DNA from: Candidatus Altimarinota bacterium
Lineage (GTDB): Bacteria; Patescibacteriota; Gracilibacteria; BD1-5; UBA2023
DNA: 64,000 nucleotides
Assembly (NCBI GenBank): GCA_043741945.1
Contig: JAYTZT010000001.1
Span: forward strand, 48,617-112,616
Direction of reading: 5' to 3'
Below the pieces are notes generated by a model, which did not search any database, was not told the origin of the DNA, and was given only the letters and a program-made list of their open reading frames with translations. How positions within the stretch are numbered: position 1 is the first letter of the stretch; every line of letters starts with the position of its first letter. The translations under genes and the position numbers were made by a program. Positions 32,641-42,132 of the stretch are shown in pieces.

Positions 32641-33420
32641 TTATGCTTTTTTTTGCATACTTCAGACAATCTTTCGGATAAGGAATCGTGGAGTAAATCT
32701 CACAGACTCTGTGAGTATAAAGTTCATCCATCCATATACTGCGACGACCTGACCCTGCATCATCGCATAATATCCATACTCTGCGACTTCTCGGGAAGTG
32801 GGAAGTTTCCTTCACTGGAAGAGTTTTGAGCTATCCATGTGAGATACTGACGCGAATCCTGACTCAGTAGGACCAGGACAGAGTGCAGTGACCGTGACTC
32901 ATGTAGAGACGAGTTCCTCTGAGACCGCCTCAGAAAATGATAGAACATAGGCCTTCGTCGCAAAGTATACAGCCATACCAGGACCTGGCTGGAATGCTGC
33001 AGTCGATGCGAGATTCATGATACGACCATATTTTCCCTCTATCATGCTCGGGAGGAAGAGCTTCGTCATATGAGTGAGCGACTTTATATTGAGGTCGATC
33101 ATCTGACCTTCCTTTTCCCAGTTAGTATAAGAGAATTTTCAAAAATCTCAAAATCATGCATTATTAATAAGGTGATGAACTGTGAGTCAGAGAGCACTCA
33201 CTTCAGAAAATACTTCTGCGACAGCATTCGGAAGAGAGAGATCCTTCTCGATGATATGGGCTTTCACGCCATGAGTCTCTTGAAGTTCAGAAGCGAGTGT
33301 CTCGAGCTTGGGTCAACTGCGTGCTACGAGGATGAGATCATCTCAATGACGAGCTGCTATACGAGCGAGCTCGAGTCCGATACCAGAAGAAGCTCCAGTA
33401 ATGAGGGTAGTATGTGACAT
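32641..33420 (-). CDS. short-chain dehydrogenase/reductase (classical SDR)
   Basis: [18 protein letters not shown], catalytic YFATK, PGPTES. 259 aa with about 8 TGA. TAA 32641..32643. Confidence 0.9.
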
Positions 33421-33530
33421 AATAATGATCGATTATATTCATATAATATAGGGATTTACCCTTTGTTTTCAAGAATATTTTTTCTTTTTGGATATTTATC
33501 CCTATTCTCAGAGAATAGGGATTCTTATAT

Positions 33531-33839
33531 TTATTTCTTTATCCTATATCGTATCCATTCATAGAGCATATGTAGTCTCAGTATGAAAAATGCCCTAACT
33601 GAATAACGTCGGATAATTCTAAGTCAAAATACGAGTACTCCCGATGTAAGGATCATGAGCCATCCTGCTGGGATAGGTGTGAGGAGGCCTACAATCCCAA
33701 AAAGAAATAAGAATACAGCAAAAAATATCCTCACTCCAAGTGGGAGAATCATAACACGCTGATGCCAACGATGGATACGAATTCGATAAAATATCTCTCG
33801 AAATTTTTCTTTATATGTTTTGTTTCTAATATAGTTCAT
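33531..33839 (-). CDS. small PGPGW-like membrane protein
   Basis: 102 aa. FLFGIVGLLTPIPAGWLMILTSGVLVFG. ORF 33624..33839 extends through one TGA to TAA 33531..33533. Confidence 0.4.
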
Positions 33840-33853
33840 AGCTATGATAATAT

Positions 33854-33884
33854 GAAAAATCCCTTGAAGAACAAGGGATTTTTC
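33854..33884. terminator. bidirectional hairpin terminator
   Basis: GAAAAATCCCTTG-AAGAA-CAAGGGATTTTTC, immediately after the PPIase stop. Confidence 0.7.
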
Positions 33885-33887
33885 ATA

Positions 33888-34370
33888 TTATTTTGAAATT
33901 ACTATCGCTTTGATTATCTTCACTTCATCCAGTGGTTTATCATTCCTATCAGTCTTACTCGCTTCTATCTTCTCCACGATATCCATACCGGAGATAACAT
34001 GACCGAAGATCGTATGCTTACGATCGAGGAATGAAGCATCTTGTGCTGTCACGATGAAAAACTGTGAGCCATTGGTATTGCGTCCGGCATTTGCCATAGA
34101 GATCACTCACTTCTTATGCGTCAGAGTCGTATCTGAGAACTCATCTTCGAAAGCTTGATGCCAGAGACTCTTCCCACCGCTACCAGTTCCTGTAGGATCA
34201 CCTCACTGGATCATGAAGTCACGGATGACGCGGTGGAATACAATACCATCATAGTATCATTTCTCTGTGAGTCCGACGAAGTTCTCGACAGCCTTCGGGG
34301 CTGCCTGAGGGAAGAGTTCTAGAGTGATGTCTCCGAGAGTAGTAGAGAGGAGGATTTGTGGATTGGACAT
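33888..34370 (-). CDS. peptidyl-prolyl cis-trans isomerase, cyclophilin type
   Basis: [57 protein letters not shown]. 160 aa via 3 TGA. Confidence 0.95.
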
Positions 34371-34564
34371 GATTTCGAGTTTAGATATTAGAATTTAGAT
34401 TTTTGCTTTTTTTTGAGTTTTGATATTCTGTCGATGCAGTTTTCGAGAGAATTCCAAATGTTACCTAAATTGAAATTCTAGAAAACAAACCGGAAACAGA
34501 ATAAAAATGAAAAAACAAAAAGAATGTGTTTTTGTTACTTTTTAATCATAAAAAGTAAAAGATG

Positions 34565-34864
34565 TTACATGCCAGGTAAATTCAAACCCATCTGACTCAT
34601 AACTCCTTTCATTCGATTAGCTGCAATTTCCTGAGCTTTTTTCATACCCTTATTGATGGCATCAGTGATAGCTTTTTCGAGTTTTTTCTGATCTTTCATT
34701 ATAGAAGTATCCTCGATCACCGTAGAGACAACCTTGAGTTGACCATCAATCGTCACTACAACTCCATCGACTTCAGCCTCGATATGCGTATTTGAGAGCT
34801 CATCTTGGATTTTGGTGGCTTGTTGTTGGAGCTTCATGAGATCTTGTGCTTGTTTGAAATCCAT
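34565..34864 (-). CDS. YbaB/EbfC-family nucleoid-associated protein
   Basis: 99 aa. MKLQQQATKIQDEL..VEAEVDGVVVTIDGQLKV..AINKGMKKAQE..MGLNLPGM is the typical family layout. Intact in the standard code. Confidence 0.85.
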   Translation of the reverse strand: MDFKQAQDLMKLQQQATKIQDELSNTHIEAEVDGVVVTIDGQLKVVSTVIEDTSIMKDQKKLEKAITDAINKGMKKAQEIAANRMKGVMSQMGLNLPGM

Positions 34865-35011
34865 AATAATGAATATGAAAAAATAGTAAATAAAATCAGC
34901 AAAATGATAGCAAAATTCTCGGGAAAAGCAAACATTTCGATAAAATGAAATCTTAGAGTGAGAATCGATACAATCGTCAATCTAAAATTTCAGTATAGAG
35001 CGAGTCTGAGC

Positions 35012-35039
35012 TTGCAAACTCTCGCAATAGATATACTAT
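35012..35039 (+). promoter_or_regulatory. putative sigma70-type promoter of the rhodopsin gene
   Basis: TTGCAA, 16 nt, TACTAT, 31 nt upstream of ATG 35070. Sequence match only. Confidence 0.3.
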
Positions 35040-35069
35040 ATTCTTGCTTTTATTTCTTTTCTTTTTGCT

Positions 35070-35816
35070 ATGGATCTCATTAGTATTAGTCAATTTGATA
35101 TGGTGTACAACGCCTTCTCATTTGCCATCGCAGGTATGGGTGCAGCGACTCTATTTCTCTGGCTCGAGAGATCTCAGGTAGCACCCGAGTATCGTACAGC
35201 TCTCACGATCTCAGGACTTGTGACAGCAATTGCGACATATCACTATATTCGTATATTCAATAGCTGGGATGGAGCATACGAGATAATGGGCAATACTATA
35301 TCAGTTACTGGTCAGGCATTTAACCATGCATATCGATATGTAGACTGGCTCCTCACAGTACCCCTCCTCCTCATTGAGCTCATACTTGTGATGGGACTTT
35401 CACGCAAAGAAACCTACTCGAAGTCAATCTGGTTCGGAGTCATGGCGGCCCTCATGGTCATTCTCGGATATCCAGGAGAGACCGCTACTGATATCTCTAC
35501 CAAGCTCATCTGGTGGATTCTCGGGATGATACCTTTTATCTATCTCGTATACCAGCTCTTCGTCGGACTCAGTGCCTCTATCAAGAATCAACCTGCTGAG
35601 ATCAGGAGCCTCATAGTTACGGCACGATGGATCATAGTGGCAACGTGGTGTTTTTATCCTATAGTATATATCCTCCCTCTCCTCGGACTTGAGGGATCGA
35701 GTGCTATGGTAGGAGTTCAAGTCGGATATACGATCGCTGATCTCCTCGCCAAGGCAGTATTCGGTGTCTACATATACTTCATCGCCGTACGCAAATCAGA
35801 GTCAGTCAAGAGATAA
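35070..35816 (+). CDS. type-1 (microbial) rhodopsin, proteorhodopsin/xanthorhodopsin-like, DTE motif
   Basis: 248 aa, seven hydrophobic helices. Helix C RYVDWLLTVPLLLIEL gives D92, T96, E103. L100 sits at the spectral-tuning position. H58 lies in TYHYIRIF. Helix G GYTIADLLAKAVFG gives D224 and the Schiff-base Lys K228 (35751..35753). No in-frame TGA. Confidence 0.92.
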   Translation: MDLISISQFDMVYNAFSFAIAGMGAATLFLWLERSQVAPEYRTALTISGLVTAIATYHYIRIFNSWDGAYEIMGNTISVTGQAFNHAYRYVDWLLTVPLLLIELILVMGLSRKETYSKSIWFGVMAALMVILGYPGETATDISTKLIWWILGMIPFIYLVYQLFVGLSASIKNQPAEIRSLIVTARWIIVATWCFYPIVYILPLLGLEGSSAMVGVQVGYTIADLLAKAVFGVYIYFIAVRKSESVKR

Positions 35817-35829
35817 TCTCCATGATTAC

Positions 35830-35862
35830 AAAAAATCCGAGTCATATGACTCGGATTTTTTT
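35830..35862. terminator. bidirectional rho-independent terminator
   Basis: AAAAAATCCGAGTCATATGACTCGGATTTTTTT, between the convergent rhodopsin and TspO-like genes. Confidence 0.8.
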
Positions 35863-35875
35863 GATGATAGGGGTC

Positions 35876-36622
35876 TTACCAGAATTTGAGAGCCTTCAGA
35901 GTAGTTCTCTTGTTTCTCAGAGACTGTATGATATAGAATCAGATAGTGACTGCATATATGACAACTCCTCCCTGTATCTCGAGTATTGGATGTGCTATAT
36001 ATATACCGAAAAGTGTCCAGAGGAATACGCCTGATATGATATATGTTCTATATCGACACTGGAGCTCAGATACTACAAGGAGGATCACACCGAGTGCAAC
36101 TATAGCGTAGTAGAAATCTCCAATTCCACCAAATGACCAGCCCATATAGCGTATCCAAACTGTCACATTCAATGCTGTTGCCATGATAATCCAGCCAAGT
36201 GTGATATCGATACTCGATCTGATTATGATATGCGAGTCTCTCGTACGAGAGAATGTATAAACGAGCAACATGAGTATAGCGAGCATGATAACGAGGGATG
36301 TACTGATCCATAGATTGCCCCATGGGATGAGCCATAGAGCTGTGAGAGCTATAGCGAGAGCAAACCCAATAAGAGACATTGTATCAAGAGTATTTTTGGA
36401 TCTCTGGAAAAACGCTATGCATACTCCTACAATGATCCACGAGAGATAGATCAACGACCATATCGCAAAAGTAAATCCCGCAGGTGTGACTGATGTGGCA
36501 AACATAGCAGAGATATCTGCCTGTGTCATGCCTCCGATGAGATATGGGGATCCTGGTATACTCACGAGAGTCGTGAGTCCGATCGTGAGGAGAGCTGAGA
36601 TGAGTAGGAGATATCTGATCAT
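35876..36622 (-). CDS. TspO/MBR-related multi-pass membrane protein (tentative)
   Basis: 248 aa, Trp-rich. TPAGFTFAIWSLIYLSWIIVGV and LGWIIMATALNVTVWI resemble the TspO helix motifs. The start MIRYLLL is chosen downstream of the DUF1295 stop. Extends through TGA to TAA 35876..35878. Confidence 0.4.
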
Positions 36623-36687
36623 AAGAGAAAAATTATAAGCATATATAGTGTATACTTTTTTCTGAGAATACAACTCTTGATCATTCG

Positions 36688-37482
36688 CTATTTCCGAGGC
36701 CACCATGGAACGAAGACGCTCGTTTTCTCTTTGTACTCTTCCCAGTTTGGTCTGCCTGCGTATCTCGCCTCTTGGAGTGGTACGCCCGAGACGAACAGGA
36801 GTAGGATGGTGATGACGAAAAATGATACCAATCACCAATATGAATACGGCAGAGCAATGAGGCTGATCCCGAGCCAGAATACACTCTCTCCGAAATAGTT
36901 CGGATGTCGAGAGTACCGATAGAGTCAGTTCACGAATATCTCTCCAGGCTTCTTGGTCTTTATGAACTTCGATAGTTGTATATCAGAAATCATTTCGAAT
37001 ATAAGACCAAAAAACGAAATTACTGATCCAAAGATCATACACCATACTACTCTATAACTGATCTCTCATCATATGAGAAGCCATTCTGGAGTATCTATAT
37101 ATCCTAGATTCACCACCAGTATCGCTGTTGCGACCACGAGCATCAGGATCATCTGGAGCATATACACTTGGACAAATGACCGAACGACAAAATACCACCC
37201 ACTCCCCCACTCTTCCCGCCACTTGGCATATCGTGCATCTTCTCATCGCTCTTTGAGTTTTCGGAGTCAGATATGCGATACGATACGAGCTCCCCAGAGG
37301 CATACGAGTGCCGTGACGACAGTCTGTGATATCTGTAAATCTGACTGGAGATACGATATGACTGCAATAAGTACAAAGCCAAAACCCCAGAATACATCGA
37401 CGATGGAGTTATCCTTGATTCTGAGGGAATAGAGAAACAAGAGGATATATGAGATGAGGAGAGTGAGGAGGATGGAGGTCAT
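36688..37482 (-). CDS. DUF1295-family membrane protein (steroid 5-alpha-reductase / ICMT-like fold)
   Basis: NSIVDVFWGFGFV, LWGARI, GLYRYSRHPNYFGESVFWLG, VSGVPLQE, KTSVFVPW. 264 aa via about 6 TGA. TAG 36688..36690. Confidence 0.8.
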
Positions 37483-37733
37483 ATTTAATAAAAATTATTT
37501 AGATTTTAACTATATCCAATAATTTAGCATTATCCAACTTAGAATTCCCGAAAAATTGTAAAATACAATAATGAAACTGATTATACCTATACTTCTTAGC
37601 AATCTGAAGTAAATCTTCTAGAAATGAATCTTTCTCTGCTGTATAAAGTAAGTTACATCTAATTCATATTAGATTTAAAATATTTCTTAAAATCAGCTAA
37701 GGAAATATCAAGCATAACTTTACAATTTACTAA

Positions 37734-39218
37734 TTAAATCCTCTCCCCTTTCAATACCCACTTATCCCCTTCTGTGATTTTCACAGTTACTGTATCCCCC
37801 ACTTGTATATCTCAACTATATGGGATAAATACCTCCTTAAAGTTGCGAGTTCTTCCCACCCAAGTCTCATCCTTTCACTCTCATGATATCAGGATCTCCT
37901 CGACTCTGCCAACCATGAGGAGATTGCGAGCGCTCGCCGTCTCACGCAGGATATCATTGAGGATTGTCCATCGTCTCGCCTTCTCACTGGGCGATATATC
38001 ATCCTCGAACCGATTGGTTGCGGTAGTACCCGTCCGAGCGGAGTAGCGAGCGATGAATGCAACATCGAACTGACACTCTCGCATCGCCGTCGCAGTTGCC
38101 TGGAACTCCTCCTCCGTCTCCCCTGGGAACCCGACGATGATATCTGTCGAGATCGAGAATAGTGGATCACGAGAACGGAGATAGTCCACTTGCGACTTGA
38201 AGTCGGCATAGGTATGTTTGCGATTCATACGAGCAAGCATAGTATCAGAACCTGATTGCAGGGCAAAGTGGAGATGCGGAGTCATATGTGGCAGATCGAA
38301 GTGAGCTCCTAGGATATCAAGAGTCATATCATGAGGATTAGAACTCGTGAATCTGATACGGTCGAGTCCATCGATTTCGCTTATGTTTTCGAGTAGTTCC
38401 CTAAATGGAGTTTTCACTTCTACTGAATTCCAGGTGAGTAGATCCTGATTCCAGAGTTTCTTTTTCGTTTCTTTTCCATAGCTATTCACATTCTGCCCGA
38501 GGAGTGTCACTTCACGGGTTCAGTTTTTCACTACTTCTCGGATCTCGGCTACAATGGTATCTGGATCACGAGAGATCTCACGACCACGAGTGTATGGCAC
38601 GATGCAAAACGAACAATAGTTGTCACATCCCGTCTGGATGATCACATTGGCACTGGCGGGATTCTCTTGGAGTTGGCGGACGGCGAGATATTCGTTAAAC
38701 TTGGCATCATTGCCGATATCCTCACTTGTGATGAGAGAGAGGATTTTGGTGAGAAATGATACCTCCTCAATGCGGAATACAAAGTCGATCGACTGCGATC
38801 TGAGAAAGAGCTCATCATCATAGTTCGCGAGGGCATCACTAGAATCAAGAAGGGCGATCATCGAGGCATTTTTTCGCTTGTATTCATCGTTCATATTTCA
38901 CTCTGCATCTCTCAGATACCGCTTTGCGAGTCCTGACTTGCGTACCATACAACCCGTAATACCAAATAGTGATTTTTTGCCAGTTGCATTTTTCTTATGA
39001 TATCTCTCTATCTCATGGATGAATCAGAATACTCGATCCTCCCCCTTCTGACGGACCGAACAGGTATTGCAGATGACGATATCTGCCTGCACAGGATCTA
39101 ACACTTTGTGAAATCCTGCGGAGCGTAGGATCATATCAACCTTCTCGCTATCAGCATAGTTCATCTGACAACCAAATGTTTTGATGTGGTAAGTTTTGAG
39201 CATAAAATAGTTTTGCAC
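37734..39218 (-). CDS. miaB: tRNA-2-methylthio-N6-dimethylallyladenosine synthase
   Basis: [27 protein letters not shown], radical-SAM [17 protein letters not shown]-terminal TRAM ([18 protein letters not shown]). Three ORFs plus an extension are in one frame. The start may be ATG 39203 instead. Confidence 0.93.
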
Positions 39219-39316
39219 AGAGGTGTAGCCCTGAGTGTAGCTAGAAAGTAGTTTTATTCAAATCAAAGTATGCATACAGTATGTGAACAATCCGTGAAGA
39301 AAAATATTAGAACGAG

Positions 39317-39344
39317 ATTGAAAAATACAATGGGAGTCTTATAA
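39317..39344 (+). promoter_or_regulatory. putative sigma70-type promoter upstream of ftsA
   Basis: TTGAAA, 16 nt, TATAAT, about 100 nt upstream of ATG 39442. Sequence match only. Confidence 0.35.
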
Positions 39345-39441
39345 TAAGCTTATCGAATTAGCCATACAAATACACGAATCGCAATAGGAAGCCAACACTT
39401 CGGAGTACAGATTTTATACATCTCTAACACACATACAATAT

Positions 39442-40680
39442 ATGGTAGCAGGAGAACAGTTCGTGGCAATAGATATCGGTAGCAATAAGATCAAAGCGAT
39501 CATCGGTGAATGGAATGAACGAAAAGAACTCCGTATTCTCGGCGTAGGTGTATCAGAATCACAAGGTATCAGAAAAGGTAACATACTCGATATGGAAGCA
39601 TTCAAGATGAATCTTGATAGTGCGTTAGGTGAGGCAGAGAAAATGACAGGAGAACAATTTTCTCATGTCTGTCTCGGTCTCTCAGGCATCCATATTGACA
39701 TAGCTGGACGTGGAGCTATTGTCCCAGTAGCAGGTATCGAGGTAACAGAAGAGGATGTCAACAGAGCACTCGATATGTCACAAAATTGAATGGATACGAT
39801 GAATCGTACTATCCTCAAAGTGGTTCCTGAGAGCTTTGGTCTCGATCTAGAAAGTGGAATCAAAAATCCAATCGGAATGAGTGGTAAAAAACTCGAGGTT
39901 CGTAGTCATATTGTATCCATCGGATCCAATGTACTCGCCAATATCAAAAAATGAGTGCTCGATGTAGGCGTAGAAATCATGGATATCTATCCCAATATCC
40001 TTGCGGTTGGAGAAGCAACCCTAACAAAGCGTCAAAAAGAACTCGGAGTGGTAGTGGTAGATATGGGATCGAGTTCTACTAATGTAGCCGTATACGAAGA
40101 AGGAGCCCTCATCTATGCTGGAGTATTACCAATTGGGGGTGAACATGTTACATCAGATCTCGCACTCGGACTGCGTATCTCTATCGATACTGCTGAACAG
40201 CTAAAACTCAATTATGGTGATCTTACCGTTCGTGATAATAAGGGTAAGGAAAATGATGAAGAGATTGATCTCTCAAAACTCTCCAATATGGAAACCATGG
40301 GTATCAGTCGCAACTTCATGAATGAAATCATCAAAGCTCGATACGAGGAAATATTCCACCACATTGTCATGGAGCTCAAAAAGGTAGGTCGAGATGGTAT
40401 GCTTCCAGAAGGAATCGTAATAACGGGTGGTGCAGCGAAGATGCGAGGACTGGTAGATCTGGCTCGCACTTATATGCGTCTTCCTGCGAGTATCGGCGTT
40501 CCTGATGCTGTCGATGGAGTGAGTGGTACCTCGATAAGTGATCCGATCTATTCGAGTGTCGTAGGTAATCTTCTCCTAATACAAAAATATGGAACTGCGA
40601 AGAGAGCCTTCAAAATAAATTTCTCAATTGGAAATATATTTAGCTCACTCAAAAATATCTTCAAAAAAATAATTCCATAG
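39442..40680 (+). CDS. ftsA: cell division protein FtsA
   Basis: FVAIDIGSNKIKAIIGE, VVVDMGSSSTNVAVY, IGGEHVTSDLA, VITGGAAKMRGL. 2 in-frame TGA. Confidence 0.93.
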
Positions 40681-40791
40681 CCTTCATTTCAGAAGTTGTT
40701 ACGGAATTTTGAAAAAACAAATTTTATCATCATTGCCATACTATCTTCACTATAATAACAAATCCTATTCCTACCTTCTAATCTCTCTCCT

Positions 40792-42030
40792 ATGACTGTT
40801 CCTAACGCTGCTGAAGATCGCCTCAAAAAACTCCTCCGAAATAATGTACCTCCTCAAACTGCTGTGGCTCAACCCTCACATGTAGAGGTCAATGTTGGAT
40901 ATATTTCGCCTATTGCTAATATCAAGGTGGTTGGTATCGGTGGTGGTGGTAATAATGCTGTAAACCGCATGATCGACTCCGGAATCGAAGGAATCGAATT
41001 CATTGCAATCAATACAGATGCTCAAGCCCTTTTCACCTCAAAGGCTCAAACTCGCATCAATATTGGAAGAGCGACAACTCGCGGACTCGGTGCTGGAGCC
41101 AATCCAGAAATAGGAAAAAAAGCCGCAGAAGAATCAAGTGAAGAGATCAAGCAAGCCCTCAATGGAGCGGATATGGTATTCATCACTTGTGGTCTCGGAG
41201 GTGGTACTGGTACAGGAGCTGCTCCAGTAGTTGCAGAGATAGCTCGCGGACTCGGTGCACTTGTAGTCGGTGTCGTGACCAAGCCATTTGCATTCGAAGG
41301 ACAACGTCGTACAACCCAAGCATTTGATGGATTTGAAATACTCAAGTCTAAGGTTGATACTCTTATCACTATTCCAAATGACAAAATACTCACGATCATC
41401 GATAAAAAAACTCCTCTCCTAGAAGCATTCCATATCGCTGATGAGATTCTGAAACAAGGTGTTCAGTGAGTCTCAGAGCTCATCACACATCCAGGTCTTA
41501 TCAATGTAGACTTTGCTGATGTGAGATCAGTTATGGAGAATGCAGGATCAGCTCTCATGGGAGTAGGCTATGGTAGTGGTGAGAGCCGAGCTATTGATGC
41601 GGCTCGTGCCGCTATTGAGTCACCTCTTCTAGAGCTCTCTATTAATGGTGCCAAGGGACTTCTCCTTTCTATTACTGGTGGATCCGATCTCTCTATGTTT
41701 GAGGTAGACGAAGCATCTCGACTCATCAAGGAACTCTGTGATCCAGATGCAAATATTATATTTGGTACGTCTATCGATGAGCGGTATACAGGCGAGATCA
41801 AAATTACCGTGATTGCAACAGGATTCAACGAAGAGACCAATGCTCAGATTGCCTCAATGAGTCGTGGAGGATTTGGGCAAAGTCGAGTATTTGGTCAGTC
41901 ATCCCCTCCTCCTGCTGCCCCATCTCGACCTATGAGACAATGATCATTTGGTGGACAAACGAATACCACTCCAGAACCCCAAAATGACTACGATGTTCCT
42001 GCTTTTCTCAGAAATAAGATGTCAAAATAA
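40792..42030 (+). CDS. ftsZ: cell division GTPase FtsZ
   Basis: [44 protein letters not shown](TGA)[18 protein letters not shown], C-terminal peptide [11 protein letters not shown]. Confidence 0.97.
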
Positions 42031-42033
42031 TCA

Positions 42034-42056
42034 AAACTCCCGAAAGGGAGTTTTTT
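42034..42056 (+). terminator. rho-independent terminator
   Basis: AAAACTCCC-GAAA-GGGAGTTTTTT, directly after ftsZ. Confidence 0.75.
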
Positions 42057-42132
42057 GAAACAGACAAAAAATTGAATTATTCATTTTTTTTACTAGGATA
42101 GAATTTATTACTTGGAAAATATATCTATAACT

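Noticed and set aside
33508-33532. Hairpin ATCCCTATTCTC-A-GAGAATAGGGAT as a terminator or riboswitch
   Set aside because: It lies in the 110-nt gap between the stop of the upstream small membrane-protein gene (33531) and the SDR start (33420). It has no clear T-run on the transcribed (minus) strand, so the evidence for a function is insufficient.
35070-35816. Absence of any TGA codon in the rhodopsin gene as evidence for very recent transfer from a standard-code donor
   Set aside because: TGA is a minor Gly codon here (roughly one in ten by eye). With 17 Gly residues, zero TGA is not statistically remarkable. rplY and the ybaB-like gene also lack TGA.
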